Assembly: GCF_009914755.1 (NCBI RefSeq)
Contig: NC_060941.1
DNA: 64,000 nt
Origin: the human T2T-CHM13v2.0 reference genome, Homo sapiens
Direction: 5' to 3' (one strand)
Shown here: positions 1 to 19,911 of the stretch, piece after piece
Layout: every line of letters begins with the position of its first letter
Numbering within the stretch: the first letter of the stretch is position 1
Program-made: the position numbers and the translations under genes
The notes under the pieces: model-generated
Told to the model about the DNA's origin: nothing
Database searches by the model: none
What the model saw: only the letters and a program-made list of their open reading frames with translations

Positions 1-1296
1 GGATCCCTGCTGTCCTCTGCCCTACCCCCACTATCTGCTCCTGAAATCTGTTCCCAGTCAGGGTCCTACCCTCTCCACCTCTCGTGGTCAGCTCTGTCCC
101 TTTCATCTCCCTCCTCTGCTTCAGGGTCTAAAAGAGATAGCTTTGGAGGGGTGGAGAGTGTTTGTGAAGAAGCTGCTGGTCCCCACCTCATCAAATGACA
201 TCCCTGCTTCTTTCTCTCCACCCAGGAAAAAGGCAGGAGGCATTGATTTCCCCTCCTGCCACTGAGGGAGAGGGCTTTGAGCTGGACTTCCTGATAACTG
301 GGGTGGTAAGAAGTCCTTGGAGGGGGTGAACAAAAGCCAGGATTATTTAAAGACTGACCTGTCTGGAGACAGGGAGAGATCAGATCAGTTTACGGGGTCC
401 TAAGCTTGCTGGGTTTTCACTGCAAAGAACTTCACCACCCAAGCATGAACACATGGAGGTACTTGTCCTTGACATAGGGTATCCAGCTGGGAAGGGATCC
501 TAAACATCCGGGTTTCCTAATTGGCACCCCAGAACCCCCAGCCACGCCAGAGAATGAAACTCTGCCGGTTTTGTGTGACTTCAGGAACATCCACCTCCTC
601 CTGCGCTGAACTCAGTGATGTCCCACTGGCAACTTTCTCTCCACTGGTTTGATGGGCTCTATAACCTAGAGTCTGGGGTTCACCTTCCCTAGTTTTCTGG
701 AAAATTCATACTCCCTGCCCCCAAACTCATCCTCCCTAATTAGCTCCCCTAAAATGTGCTGAGAAGAGGGATTCTTCTCTTCTGACCCTCCTTCTAGCAG
801 GTGGAGTTCATAACCCTCGATCGAGTATTCCAGGGATTTTTGTTTTGTTCACTAATTGTATCATAAGCACCCAGAACAGTGTCTGGCACACAGTAGGCAT
901 TCCATAAATGTTTACTGGATGAATGAATGGTGCCCACACTTGGAAAGTTCCTCCAGAAGCCCATCCTATATCCCTATTACTATCATTTAAGCTTTCAGCT
1001 CTGGCCCTAGAAGAGAGGAGTCAGCTATCTGCCTGCATCTGTCATCATTTATTGAGCACCTACTGTGTGCAAACCATTGTGATATGTGACTGTCTGTTCA
1101 TAACTTAAGAGTCTTGGCTCATACCAATACCTCTTACTATCTGTCCCCACTTCTCCCTCCAAGTCCAGTCTTCATTCAACCTCACTGGCCCATTTTCTTA
1201 AGAATTACTCAAGATTTAATAAGAATGAGAAGTTTGCTTTCTGTGATTATAATTGTTTGTTCTAGGTCTTCTTTCGTCTCCACTTAAGATAAGTGA

Positions 1297-1835
<539 letters not shown>

Positions 1836-1979
1836 TAAACAAGTGGTTGAAAAATAGGAAAAGGGGAAGAAAAAAAGAGAAGCTATCATGGGGTGTTTTC
1901 TCCCAGGTATCAGGGTCGCAGGTAGTTCCAACCTCAACTGGGAACAAGTCCCAACAGGTGCAACCCCTGTCCAGATGTT

Positions 1980-2720
1980 GCACAATGCAGGCGCGTGCCC
2001 AGAGCCCAATCCCAGATCGGTTCTCGGGCAGAGGTCCGGGTTGGGGATGTATCCAAACCAGAAATATCCTTTCAGGTCTCTCTCCCCGAGACAAACCCCG
2101 GCAGGGTCTGCTCCTCCCGGAGCCGGCTTGCAGGCGTGTTGGGGGAAGCCAGCGAGGTTGTTTGCCGGGAAAGGACAGTTTGGGACCCGGGAGGGGAGTT
2201 CCCTGCGTCTGGGCCGTGGGGGGAGCTACAGGCCGGGCGGGGGTGAGTAAGGCCCAGCGGACGCAGGAGGCTCAGTGGCGGCGGCGGCGGCGGCGATGGG
2301 GAGGAGGGTAATTAGCAGGGAGGCTCTCGCCACAGCACGTCCCCACAAATGAGAGGCCCCGGGCCCCAGACACCACACAACAAAGCAAGAGGCAATTATT
2401 TGGCTCCAGTGGGAGGGGACAGCCCTTTGCCGGCCCACTGCAGCTGAGCACCCAGCCTCCGTTGAGGACGCGGAGGGTGGGGTGCAGAGACCCCTCTCAC
2501 CAGCCCCCCGGCGGCAAGGGCAGGGCCCCGAGGGACTCCCGCTGGGTTACCCTTAGAGGAGGTCCCTGTTTGGGAAGGCAGAGCCGTAGGAGGCCCCAGC
2601 CTGATTAGAGCCGGCCCTCAGCCAGCCCGGAGCCTCCCACAAGGCATCCAGGAGACCTCCTGGGGACCCCACAGGGAAGCGAGAATGTCCTGGGACCGGG
2701 GCTGGAGAGGGCGGAAGGGG
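1980..2720. promoter_or_regulatory. Orphan CpG island with (GGC)6 and GC box; putative distal promoter/enhancer
   Basis: CpG-rich, (GGC)6 at 2277-2294, GGGCGG at 2235, no repeat origin evident. Confidence 0.65.
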
Positions 2721-3554
2721 CTTTTTGGGTCCTGGAGAAGCCAGTGGCCAACATCTGAACCCCCCTTCTCCAGCTGTGGCCACACAACTGGCAACCGGGA
2801 GGCTCTCAGGCAGGTGGGGAAACCACAGAGGAGGGAGCAGGAGCCAGGGAGATTCCAGAGCTCTGGCCTAGACCTGGAATTCACACAATTGCTATGCAAA
2901 CCAAATGCAAATACATCTTCTTTTATCTCCCCTTCAAAAATCGTCAAATCAAGCATATTTGGAAGAAGGCCAGGCCTGATCAGCTGGAGGACCCCCAGCC
3001 TCTGCTTGCCTCCTTCTCCCTTTCCACCCACCCATCCCTACAGGAAAACTAAGTCCTACAATACCTTAGATTCACCTGGGACCCATCTGCAAAGGACTTT
3101 CCCCTCTTCAGATGAAAGAGCCCAAAGTACAGATGGGGAAAAAGAGGCCTTAAGAGATTAAGGTACTTTCCCCTGCCCTAACAGCCCACCTGGAGAATGA
3201 CAGGCCTCCTGGAAGCTTCTGACAACAGCCCTAGGTTAACAGCATGCCAGCTGGGGGAGGGGAAAGAGCACAGAACTGGGAGTCCTAAAATCTGATCTCT
3301 GGTCTCAGCTTTGCCTCTAACTTGCTGGGTAATCTTGAGAGAGTTACTTATCTTCTCCAAGCCTCAATTTCTCTGAATATCAAGTGGCTATCTCTGGGAA
3401 AAAAGGCTCTTCCCGAGTTGAGCCCCTCCCTGCGTCAGGGCCATCCCGCATTGCTGCCAAGGGTCCTTGAGCCAAATGCTCTGCTTGTCATCCTCCCCAG
3501 CTCTCACCACTCTCTGCCTCAGGCCAACATAGGATGAACCCCAGCCATTGGCCT

Positions 3555-3869
3555 CCCCTTTTCTTTTCTCTTTTCTTCTCTTCTCTCTCTCCCTCCCTCC
3601 CCCCTTCCTTCCTTCTTGCTTTCCTCCTCCTCCTCCTCTTCTTCTTCCTCCTCCCCCTCCTCTTCTTCTTCCTCCTCCGCCTCCTACTCTTCCTTCTTCT
3701 TCTTCCTTCTCTTCTCCCTTCTCCCCTCTTCCCTCCTCCTTTCCTCTCTTTCTTCTTCTTCCTCTTCCTCTTTTTCTTCTCCTTCCTCCCTCCTTCTTCC
3801 CTCCTCCTTCCTCTTCCTCTTCTTCTTCTTCTCCTTCCTCCCTCCTCCTTCCCTCCTCCTTCTTCTTCT

Positions 3870-3870
<1 letters not shown>
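3555..3870. repeat. CT-rich low-complexity polypyrimidine tract (CTT/CCT repeats) grown from an Alu tail
   Basis: About 315 nt of almost pure pyrimidine on + directly abutting the poly-T end of the minus-strand Alu at 3870. Confidence 0.9.
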
Positions 3871-4330
<460 letters not shown>

Positions 4331-6122
4331 ACAATTCCCTTCAGGAGGCCTCACTGAGTTAGCCCTGCTGACCTCTGGTTGCTGCTGATGTTGGGGTTCT
4401 CTCCATCTAGGAAGGGCTCACTGGTCCTGTACGTTTGCCCTTGCTGATATGGGCTGGGAGAGCTCCTAAGTAATTTGGAGAGTGCATGTGGGATCCTCAT
4501 TGTGCCCCCACCTGCACCCAGGATGGAGACAGAGACTATCTCTTACGTTAGACTGGGGGCTTCGCAAGAACACAGGCTGCATCTTTTCCAGTATATTGTA
4601 GCTCTCTGAGGCCAGAGAGCCCCCATTAGGGTGGGACTGTGTGTCTACCATTAATACTTTTCCCTAAAGTTGAGGACTCTGCCCCCTCCACCTGCCCAAA
4701 CCTGTGGTCAGCAGGAGCCATTCCACAGGGGAGAGGGGCCTAGACAGCTGCCTCTCCCAAGTCTTCACTGACTGCTTTCTCAGCTCCCCCTCAGCCCCCT
4801 TTTCCGGGCCCCTGCCACCACCAGGGGGGCAGCTTTGTCATTTCCCCTCTCCCACCCGGCTTCTTCTCTTCTCAGAAACTCTGGCCTGGCATCTGCCTCC
4901 TCCTCCTCTTCTCCCAGCTTCTTACCACCCTCATCCCTCTCCAGGGCCTCAGGGCAAGTATTTGCCATCTGCCATCTCCTTGCATTCCTGGGGCTGGCTC
5001 CCAGGCTCCCTGCTTCCCCGGGGGGGCCTGAGAACCCTGCTCATCTGCCCTATACCATCAGAGCTGCCCTTGCCACCCTCAGAATGCCTGAGTCCTTTGT
5101 TCCGCAGTCCCCCCCAAGGCCTCCTGGGGCTTGCAGTGCCAGGGCTGTTAACATCGTAGGCTGCCCTCACCCCTCTGAGCCAGAGAGGCTATCAGAGCAA
5201 GCCTGGGGGGCCCCCTCTAGCGCCAGCAACTCCCGGTGCCTCCCTCCTCCAGGTCTCCATCTTCACCTCAGGGAGACTCCCTGCCCTGAGAACCCACCAC
5301 TTCATATCCATTTGCATATACTTGTTGGTCCAGCCCAAGCAAATTAATGCAAATGCAATCCAAACCAGAGGCAATGAAGCAGCAACGCTGGATGGCCCTG
5401 ATGCCAGGAGAGGAATCAACGTCTGGAAGAACCTCTTTTTCCTGAGATGGACATTCAGGGAAACCGAGGGTGGAGAGAAGTGCATTCCTTGCTTGTGCAT
5501 TCCTGGCTGGGATGCCTGATTCTCTGAAAACTTTCCAGGGCCACTGACCTGAGTTGTGTAACAGTGCTCTCCTTTTGCCCTTAGACCTCCTTTAACTGTG
5601 GCTCTTCTTTCACACACTTTCGATCTTTTTCCTTCTCTCTGATCTTCCCCTTCCCTGGGTCCTGACACTCCTTGCCCTCAGCACAGGAGCCCTGCACCCC
5701 ACCATCATTCCCTGAGGGTGAGTGAAGCAGGTGGTTCCTGTGGACTCTGAGAAGAACTGAGGAGCCTCCCCTGTCACAGTGAGCTCCCCACTAACCTGCC
5801 CTGTTGCCAAAAAACCCTACCATTAGAGTGTTTCTGTGAGTACCATGTTCTGTTTAAAGACATGTGTCACTGTGGGTCTGGCTGACATATTCTGGAATTA
5901 TCACCTTAGCAGAAAACAGGGACTTGGGATCCTCTGGTAGATTCGAGGTGGTTGAAGAAGAGAAGAAGACCTGGAGTGAAAAAAGGAATAGACACTGTCT
6001 AGAAATGCATTCAATCAATGGATGTTTATTGAACACTTACTATGTCCTGGGCCCCGAGCTCAGCAGTGGGGATGGGGTGAACAAGAGTGGCTGGCTTCAT
6101 GTAGGAAAATAGGTGTTTCTCA

Positions 6123-7042
<920 letters not shown>

Positions 7043-9044
7043 TCAAGAAGAGTTAGCCAGGATAGGAGGTGACAGGCAGGGTCTTCTCCTCATGGCCTGC
7101 CATGCCCTGAGAGGGGCTGGGGATCCACCAGGCTCTCTCTGCCTGCAGGTCCCCCCTGGCCCTTCACCATCACTTGGGGGCTTCCCTGGACCCTTCCCTG
7201 GGATCAGAGGGTCTTCCACAGAGGCCTCCCAGCACCCTGTTGATTCCCACCTTTCATTTCTCTCTGGGCCCCAAGGCACCTTCTCCTCAGTCTACAAAGG
7301 GTGGGCACTAATGGGAAAAGGTGGCAGAGACCCCAGACCACACTCCCCACTCTGTAGCCCCGACCCCCTGGTCTCAGAGGGCTTCCTGGAGTCAGTGTCT
7401 AGGCTGAAGAGGGAGGGCCTCAGAGGATGAGATTTGAGGAAGCAGGAATAGAGGTTGAGAGGGAAGGCGAAGGGAGGGAGACTGCCCCTCCTCCCCTCCA
7501 GCGCTTGGTGTTTGATGCTGGGGGTGCCGAGACATCTCCTCTCCCGGAAACTCAAGGCCAGACAGATAAACACAGATGGAGGGAGAGACTCGGCTGCTTT
7601 ATTTATGGGCCCGGTGACAGGCCCTCTCCTGTCTCAGAGTCACTAATCTACCAGGCGGAAGAGACATCCCACTCCCTCGCCACCCTCTTCCCTCCCTCCT
7701 AAGACTGGGGCTCAGCCAGGCTCCAAGCCTCCCCTAGGTGGTCAGGCAGTGCCAGTTCCCATGGGCTAGAGGAGAGTGTCCAGAGGCTCAATAGACACCC
7801 TCTCTCTCTCTCCCCCAACAAAACAGGGTGTCCTTCCCCTTGAGAAGACTTCTTAAGTCAAGGCCTTTGAAGTCCCTGAAGAGACACCCTGGGCTGCCCC
7901 GACTTGGGTCTATCCAGAGCAGGGATTGATGGGGGACCCCATGATGTCCCTAAGGGGTCAGACCCAGAGCTGAAGGGTGCTGCCTCCTGATACTTCCTTC
8001 AAATTTACTTCCTCTAACAGCAATTAGCACTCAAATAAAGGGGTCTTTGGGGACCCATCTTAATTGCTCCATTTTCTCCACCTCCACCGTCTCCTTACCC
8101 ATCCACACTTTCACAAACCTCCTCCTGCCACCCTCCAATGAAGGGTTAAATTTCACTGTGCCTGCTGGAGGGGCCACCAGGAATTGCCCCGCCTCCCATC
8201 AGCTGGGAAACATGGGCTCTCTGACTTCCCTGATTCCTTCAGTTCCCTCTCCCTGCCCTGTGTCTGTCTGCCAGCACCCCTTCATTCTGCCATCTTTACC
8301 TGGGTCTACCCCAAATCTCTGCATGGGGACAGAACTGAACTCAGCCTTACAGACAGAATGGGTTCCTTGGGCCCCAGGGTCAGAGGTCAGAGAGCACCAA
8401 AAGGGCAGAAAGCAGAGGGGGTCAGGGAGGGGGCAGATCCATACCTGTCGGTGGCTTTGAGGCCGGACACTCAGAGCCTTTAAAGCCCCAGAGATTCGGG
8501 GATTTGGCTCATGGGATCAGACTGCCCGGCTTCCTGACTCACAGTGGCCAGACCCAGACTGGGACCTGCTCAACTCGCCCCTCTCTTTTTCATTTAAGCG
8601 ACTTTGGGTCATCCATGGGCCAGGGAGCCCATGTTTCCCCCTCCCATGGCCCCGCCCCATTGTTGGCACCTTATCTGAGCACACAACCCGAGCCTGGGGA
8701 AAAGGGGGTGATTTGCAATCCTGGCTCAGATTTACAGTGAAGTCCTAGGTGGTTTCTTCCTCCGGTGAATGGGCATAGTTTGGGGGTAAATGGCATTTAC
8801 TAGCCTCTCCCCCAATCCCCTGCCAAATCAATTTCAGATTCTCCTCTAGAAAGCTTTCCCCCAATAACTCCACTCAGCCCCTTCCCTGTATCTTCTTCCC
8901 ATTCTCCCAGCACTACCTCAATAATTCCATTCAGTTGCTGTCTGCCCTTGTTTCTGGTCTCTGCTGATGAATCAGGGATGTATTCTGTCTTCCCACTCAG
9001 GCTGAGACATCTCTGTGGTCAAGAACTACGCCTCCCCTATCTAA

Positions 9045-9835
<791 letters not shown>

Positions 9836-10259
9836 ACATGACTTATTAAGTCCATGCTGAGAAAAAGAAGAGTGAGTTATTCTCCCCCACACTCAGGATT
9901 TTCCAGAGAGCTTCAGAATCCCTCCTCCTGCCCCACCTCCCCATTCGCACTTGCTCCTTCCTTGGAGGCCCAAGGCAGAAGGATGCAGGGGTCCGCCTCA
10001 TCTCTTATAAAGTCCTGTTGCACTTCCCCTCCTCCCACTTGCCCACCCTGCTCGCCTGAGGGCCTGGCTCCATGCCAGGTGTCACCTGCTCAGCCTCATC
10101 CAGGGTGCTTACTCAGGACAGAACCAACTGGGGAGACAATGTCTCCTCTTCCTCACAGCAGCTGCCAACCTCTAGGTCCCCTTCTGTGCCCTGAATCCAT
10201 CCATGCACGAACACACTCTGAACCCAGGGGTGTATGTCTGCCCATGACAGGGAAGGTGT

Positions 10260-10666
<407 letters not shown>

Positions 10667-11184
10667 TCACTGCATCCCTCCCCCAGCCTCTGCCACAACC
10701 CCCCAGCATGCTGATGAACATCTCTTTTAGGTTTAAGACCACCAGCACCCTGGAAAAGGAACCACCATACCCCTCCCAGGTGTTATGAAGCAACGAAATG
10801 TACTCTCCCTTGTCTGCTCTGCCCTGCCTTGGCAGTTGGGTCCTAACTTGAAATCCATCTTCGTTGCCACCCTGTCTGCTGAAGATCTCCGAGGTTGCCC
10901 ATGCTGACTACTGATCTCCTTGCTACCTCCTGGAGATAATGGACTTCACTTGTCCACCAGGGTCTCAGCCCGAGACCCGCATAGGGCTGCTAGGCTGGCT
11001 GGCTTCTGTGATTCTCATTTTGAAGGCTACCTTTCTAAGCTTAGGCTGCTGGATCTCCCCATCCTGATTTCTGATAAGCAGAAAGCTAGGAGGGGCGCCA
11101 GCTGTCCTGAAGGCAATAAAAGCTCTCATTTACTGAGCCCTTACCACGAGCCAGGCACATGCTTTTTAAAAATTTAATCTTCAT

Positions 11185-11503
<319 letters not shown>

Positions 11504-12569
11504 CTACACAAGAGGAAATGGAGGCACCGACAGACCACGGTAGCACTTCCCAATCAGATTGTAACCCCCTCTGAGTCACCGACACAGTCAAGGTTCTATG
11601 CACAGCAGGAGTGGCCCTCTGTGGACAAAGCTCTGCCCTGGGCAACTGAGAGAAGGGGCAGGGGACAAGAGAGGGAAGTGAGGGAAGGCAGTTTCTCCAG
11701 GAGCTTTCAGTCTGAGGGAGGAGACAAGACCTCTGTCCTCTGGGAATTGCTAGTCTGAGAGAGGAGTCAGATTGCACTTGAAAAATCAGTAGTTCCCTGA
11801 TCCCTAATGCCACCATCCAGGTGGTACCAGAGGTCTTCACGACTGCATGAGCCTAGCTCCCCACCCACCGTGTCCTGGGAAAAAACACAAATAAGATTCG
11901 TCTTCCCTGAGTCGCTGGAGCAAAGGACAGGAGAAAACCCCTCTATGAGGTTGAATGATTCTTGTTAGATGCAATAGATGCAAAGGCCTATTGACTTCCA
12001 GGGCTAAGGGCCTCACTTGGAGGAAAGTTCTTGTGGATGGTATTTGAACTTTCCCATCTAGAAGCAGGGGAATGGCTGGGATGAACTCTAAAGGCATCTT
12101 GGAATTCCATCCTATCCTATTTCCTCTCCTTCATCGTAGCCAAGCTCTGAGGATTATGACAGCGTGGGCAATAAAAAGTGCCTAATTGGTTGTTGTCCAG
12201 CCGAGGCTGCTCCCCATTTCCCTTGGCAGGGGTGGGAAACCGGCTGAGTCAGTTTCACTTTTGCTATTGCCCAGTTTCCCCATGGTTGCTGGGCACTAGC
12301 GGAAGCAGGGCACCCCGTGGGAATCAGGAGCTTGTCCCTGATGCTGCCTTTGAGGTGAGCATACCCCAAAAGGCAGAGGACCCCTAGAAAGCACCAGAAC
12401 GTTAGGCTACAACTGCCCCTTCCCTGTGGAAAGAGGATAACTGGCAGGCTTCTCTCCAAATGTCCAGGGCCAACCCCACTGGCCTCTGAAGGAGTTGGGA
12501 GGAGGCACAGAGGACACCCTTTCCCCGGGCCTTGGTGGTGAAGCCTCTTCTGTAGCAGAGGGCAGAGGT

Positions 12570-12800
12570 GGAGACATGGGCTCTAGAGCCAGGTGCCTGG
12601 CTGGAATCCTGACTGTGAAGCCAGTGGTGTGATCTTGAGCAAGTTACTTAAGCTCACTATGCCTCAGTTTTCTCATCTGCAAAGTGGGGCTGATTATAGG
12701 ACCTATCTCATAGGGAAAATGGGCTTGAATGAGTCAACGCATGTAAAGAGCTTGGAGCAGTGCCTGGCATGCAGTAGGTACTCAATAAATGGTAGCCATG
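12570..12800 (+). mobile_element. MIR
   Basis: MIR core TGTGATCTTGAGCAAGTTACTTAA...CCTCAGTTTTCTCATCTG. Confidence 0.8.
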
Positions 12801-15761
12801 AGCAGTAGCTCAGCCTGGCAGTGGGCATGGGGAGATGGGATGCAAGTCAGAATCTGGACATGGCGGGGATGCGGGTGGGTGAGTGAGATGACTTTTGAAC
12901 AGAGATCCTGGGCTTCCCAATGTCTGCTCATCTGGCAGTGAGATCCCAGTAGGCCAGGAGGGTCAGTGAGAGTTTGGCCTGGGTTCTCTCCTGAGCAGCT
13001 GCATCCCACTCAAGCCCTTCCACCATAGAGCTCTCCCTCCCACCGCCCACCTTACCTCTCCCCACCTTCAGCATGAAGGCCACTCTCTCCTTCTCATGTC
13101 TTTCCAGGAAGGGTGGAGCCAGGCTCCTCACCTTCCTGGCAAACATGCTGGCGTCCCCCCACCCAGGTCACATCCTCTCTCCTAGGAACCTGTGAACAAA
13201 CTGTTCTTTCTGCTGGGGACACCCTGCTCCCTTTGCAGCTCTCGCCTCTTCCTCCTTCCCAAGCCAGTCTGGTGCTCCTCTTCTCTAATGGGACGTTCCC
13301 AGGCACAGTATCATCCCTGCCCTGAGTCCTACCCAGTGCCGGCAATCTGGCCCCTTTCTCAATGCCCAGGTCCTGGACGAGTGCACAGTCTCCCCCATCA
13401 GACTAAGAAGTTAAGCACTGTGTTTTACCCCAGAATCCACTGGACCGTGCAGTCCATCCATGAGCCTCCAGGCCTCAGCCACTGTTATGCCTTTCCCTTT
13501 CCTTGGGTTTCCCATTTTGATCCAGGAAAGCAGCATAGTCACTGGGCTGCCTGCCACCTCCAATGCACCTGGGGGCTTGGCAGACAGACAGCCACCTGTC
13601 TCGGGAGGCTCAGGTGGATACTAATAGGCAGTGGAGGCCAAGGGCCTCCCCACCAGAGACCCCCAGAAGCCCCTCCAGCATTGAAGCTGGAAACAGACCA
13701 TTCAGTTACAGAGTCCAATCCCACCCAAGCAGAGACTGATGCCGGAGGAGGTCCCAGGAAGACCCCCATTTAGCTGCTGCCCTTCTTGGAAACCTTTTGC
13801 TTCGACCTTGCCACTTCACTGTGGTCTCTTGAGGGGAGAGATGCTTATGAGTGGGAGTTGGAGTGGGAAGAACTCTGCTTGGCTCCTGGGGGGCAGCAGA
13901 GATTTATGGGACTGGATTTTTACAGGCTAGGGAGAGGCCCCAGGCAGGAGCTATGGAGCCCAACAGAGGAGCAAAGGCATAAAATCTCCGGACATGAAAG
14001 TCCCAGCGGCAGGCCCCCCCAGGCCTGTGGGTGGTGAGAGATTTACAGCTCTTGCACAAGGCCTGCAGGGGCCTGGGGAGCTGCAAGGACACTTCAGAGC
14101 CAGAATAACTCCCCGCCAAGGCCTTCACCTTTCTCCTCTAGGAAAAAAAAAAATACCAATAGAACAGGTTGGAGCTGCCAAGAAGATGGTTATCGCTGCT
14201 GGGACCCCGCCCCACCTGGAGACGAGGTGGCTCCCAACTTCCTCCCCCTCCCTGAGCTCTCCTCTCTGCCCCCAGGTCAGGGAGAGGTGCCTAGGGCAAG
14301 GCGAGGGGAGAGTGGAGGTGGGGCAACTTCCAGAAGGGGCCTCCCCCTGGAGAAAGTGGGGCTCGGGCTTTCACTGTTCCTTTGCCCAGACAAGGAATGC
14401 ACAGCAGTGGCCAGAACCCCTGACAAGCCCAGGGGCCTGGAAGGGGGCAGTGAGTGGGTTCTGCCAGCTCCAATATTTAGGGAATGCTTTCACAATGTGC
14501 ATGTGGGTAGGAGTCTTACCTGACGGGGTACAAGGATAGGAAAATAAAGACGGAAAAACAGAACGTCCCTTGTGCTTAGCAGCCATCTCTCATCTCAGTC
14601 AATGAGCTAAAAAGCTGAGACAGGAATTTCTCAAATGGAAAGTGCCCGGCCCCAGCCCCATGCCCTCTGCCCTTGCTCCACCAAACCCAGCTGCCAGTTT
14701 TCTCTAGGGCCAGACCCCAGCTCCTTCCCTACCCACCGAAAGGAAGGGCGGTAGCCCTGTGCCTACTGGGGACAGCTCATCTGGTTGAAGGGTGTTTCTG
14801 CCGCTTCTGGACTCTGTGCCCCATCACCTTGGTCCCCCACCTGCACGGAGAAGCCCAGACCCTCAGCAGGGTGGGGGTGGGGTGCATTGCTAACCACTTA
14901 AAAGGACCAGGCAAGCACCCTGAGAACAGGTGAGGAGCCAGAGCCTTTGAACTGGGAGGGGCAGGTGCTGCTGCTGAAAGACGGAAATCCTGGGCCAGGG
15001 CTTGCAGCACCACGGAGAGGGGTGGGCAGGAAGGCCCATAAAAAGCTGGACCTTCCCCTTCCCACCCCTCAGTCCAGTCCCTCAAGACCAGAGCTGGCGC
15101 TGAGACAGCCAACTGAGTAATGTCTCAGGTGCTCAGCCAGGGGGCACAGACTTGTCCCTTACCAGGCCCCACCCTGAGTGCTCGGTCCCCACCCCCCAGG
15201 GACAGGCCAGGGGAACAGTGTGGAGAGAGGACTGAGGCACTGCTGCCCAAGAGGCAAGAGGTTGAGTGGGGAGAGCCTCAGGAGGGGTGTGGGGGAAGCA
15301 GCTGTATCATCCTTTTCCCTGCTGATTGGCAGGCTGGGAAGGGAAGGAAGAGACAGGTCAGTGCCCCAGAAAGGAAGGGGAGGAAGTTAATGAGGAAAGG
15401 TGGCTTTGCTCCCCTGTCCCCTGCCCCCTCTGCCACTAGCTTCTGACTCCAGGCTCCAGGAGTGGGCCGGGCTGGTCAGGACCTGCCTCCAGCCTGCCTT
15501 CCTCCCGAGCAGGTCGGGAAAATTACTCTCCTGGTACTGCTTTTTATTTTTTGAAGCCAGATCAAAGGTGGGACCCAGCTGGGAGCCATAGTAAAATCTC
15601 AGCAATGTGGAGCCTTGGAGTTTCAGAGGTGAAACCAGGAGCTTGGGGAGGGACCATCTCAGGCCCAGGCTGCATGGGTCAGAGGCCAGAGTGGGAGTGG
15701 AGAAGAAGAGTCAGGAGTGGAGCTGGTGGGTGGGGCCCTGCGAGAAGAACCAGCTGCTTGA

Positions 15762-18312
<2,551 letters not shown>

Positions 18313-19069
18313 CATAAGTGCATGTGGATGTAGACAAAAGGAACGAGAGAGGGCTGCTCCACAAATTCTGCTGTCACTAATGGACTGGATGACCTCAGCC
18401 AACTCCATCACATTCTCAGAGCCTAGGTTTCCCCAGCCATAAAATATGGGGTTAATTGTCCCTTCTAGGGAATCTAGGGGGGTTAATTGGGCAATGGCTC
18501 TGAAGTGTCTAGGAGAAGGAGATCTATAAATATAAGGGATCATTAGCGGGCATTTCACAGCCATTTTGTGGGCCCCAGTGTTATTATTAATATGATTATT
18601 GTTATTGTTATCGCCCCCATGGCCCACTTCCCGAGTCTCTCCCAGCCAGGTCAGTGCTTTCAGGTGACAAGTGCTGCTCCTGAGCCCAGCCCTGGTCCTT
18701 CTGAACCCACACCCTCCACACTCAGGGTCTCTGGGGAACCCTCAGGAGACTAGCAATGGGACTGAGATGTGGTTTTGACATAAGTGAGGGCCTAGGAGGG
18801 AGACGGGCAGAGGGAGAGAGGGCAGTGCCTCGCCAGGGACATTCTCAGCCTCCCTTTGTCCCTGGGGACAATTCTAGTCTGCAGTGGGCAGCTGGGACTT
18901 ACGAGAAGCAGACTGGGCACCACATGGAGCTGTGGTCAATGGGGTCGGGAAAGGTGGGGAGCAGGGGAGTGCAGGGGAGGGGCAGAGGCAGAGAGAAGAT
19001 GCTGCTACCCGGGGAGGTAAGAGGAGCTGGTTGGTAGGAAACCAATTCCTTGAAGAGGCAAATGTGTGT

Positions 19070-19774
<705 letters not shown>

Positions 19775-19897
19775 TGAAGCAGGCCCCATTCCTGGGGAAT
19801 AGCAGGCACTCAATAGCTGCTTGTTAAACTGCATCTCCCTGTCCGCCCTGTGTTACTGTAAGGTGAACGCTGGGCAGCTGCTTTGGAAATGCCTTGG

Positions 19898-19911
19898 GCG
19901 CCCCCTGGTGG
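19898..19911 (-). promoter_or_regulatory. CTCF binding site (perfect core)
   Basis: Reverse complement reads CCACCAGGGGGCGC, the CTCF core consensus. Confidence 0.75.

Noticed and set aside
4815-4833. CTCF-like CCACCAGGGGGGCAG (also weaker matches near 5211, 29354 and 57673)
   Set aside because: Mismatches at high-information core positions; not called without ChIP data
13192-14539. 193-aa and 181-aa ORFs in unique upstream DNA
   Set aside because: No homology to known domains and no coherent splice structure; expected by chance at this GC content
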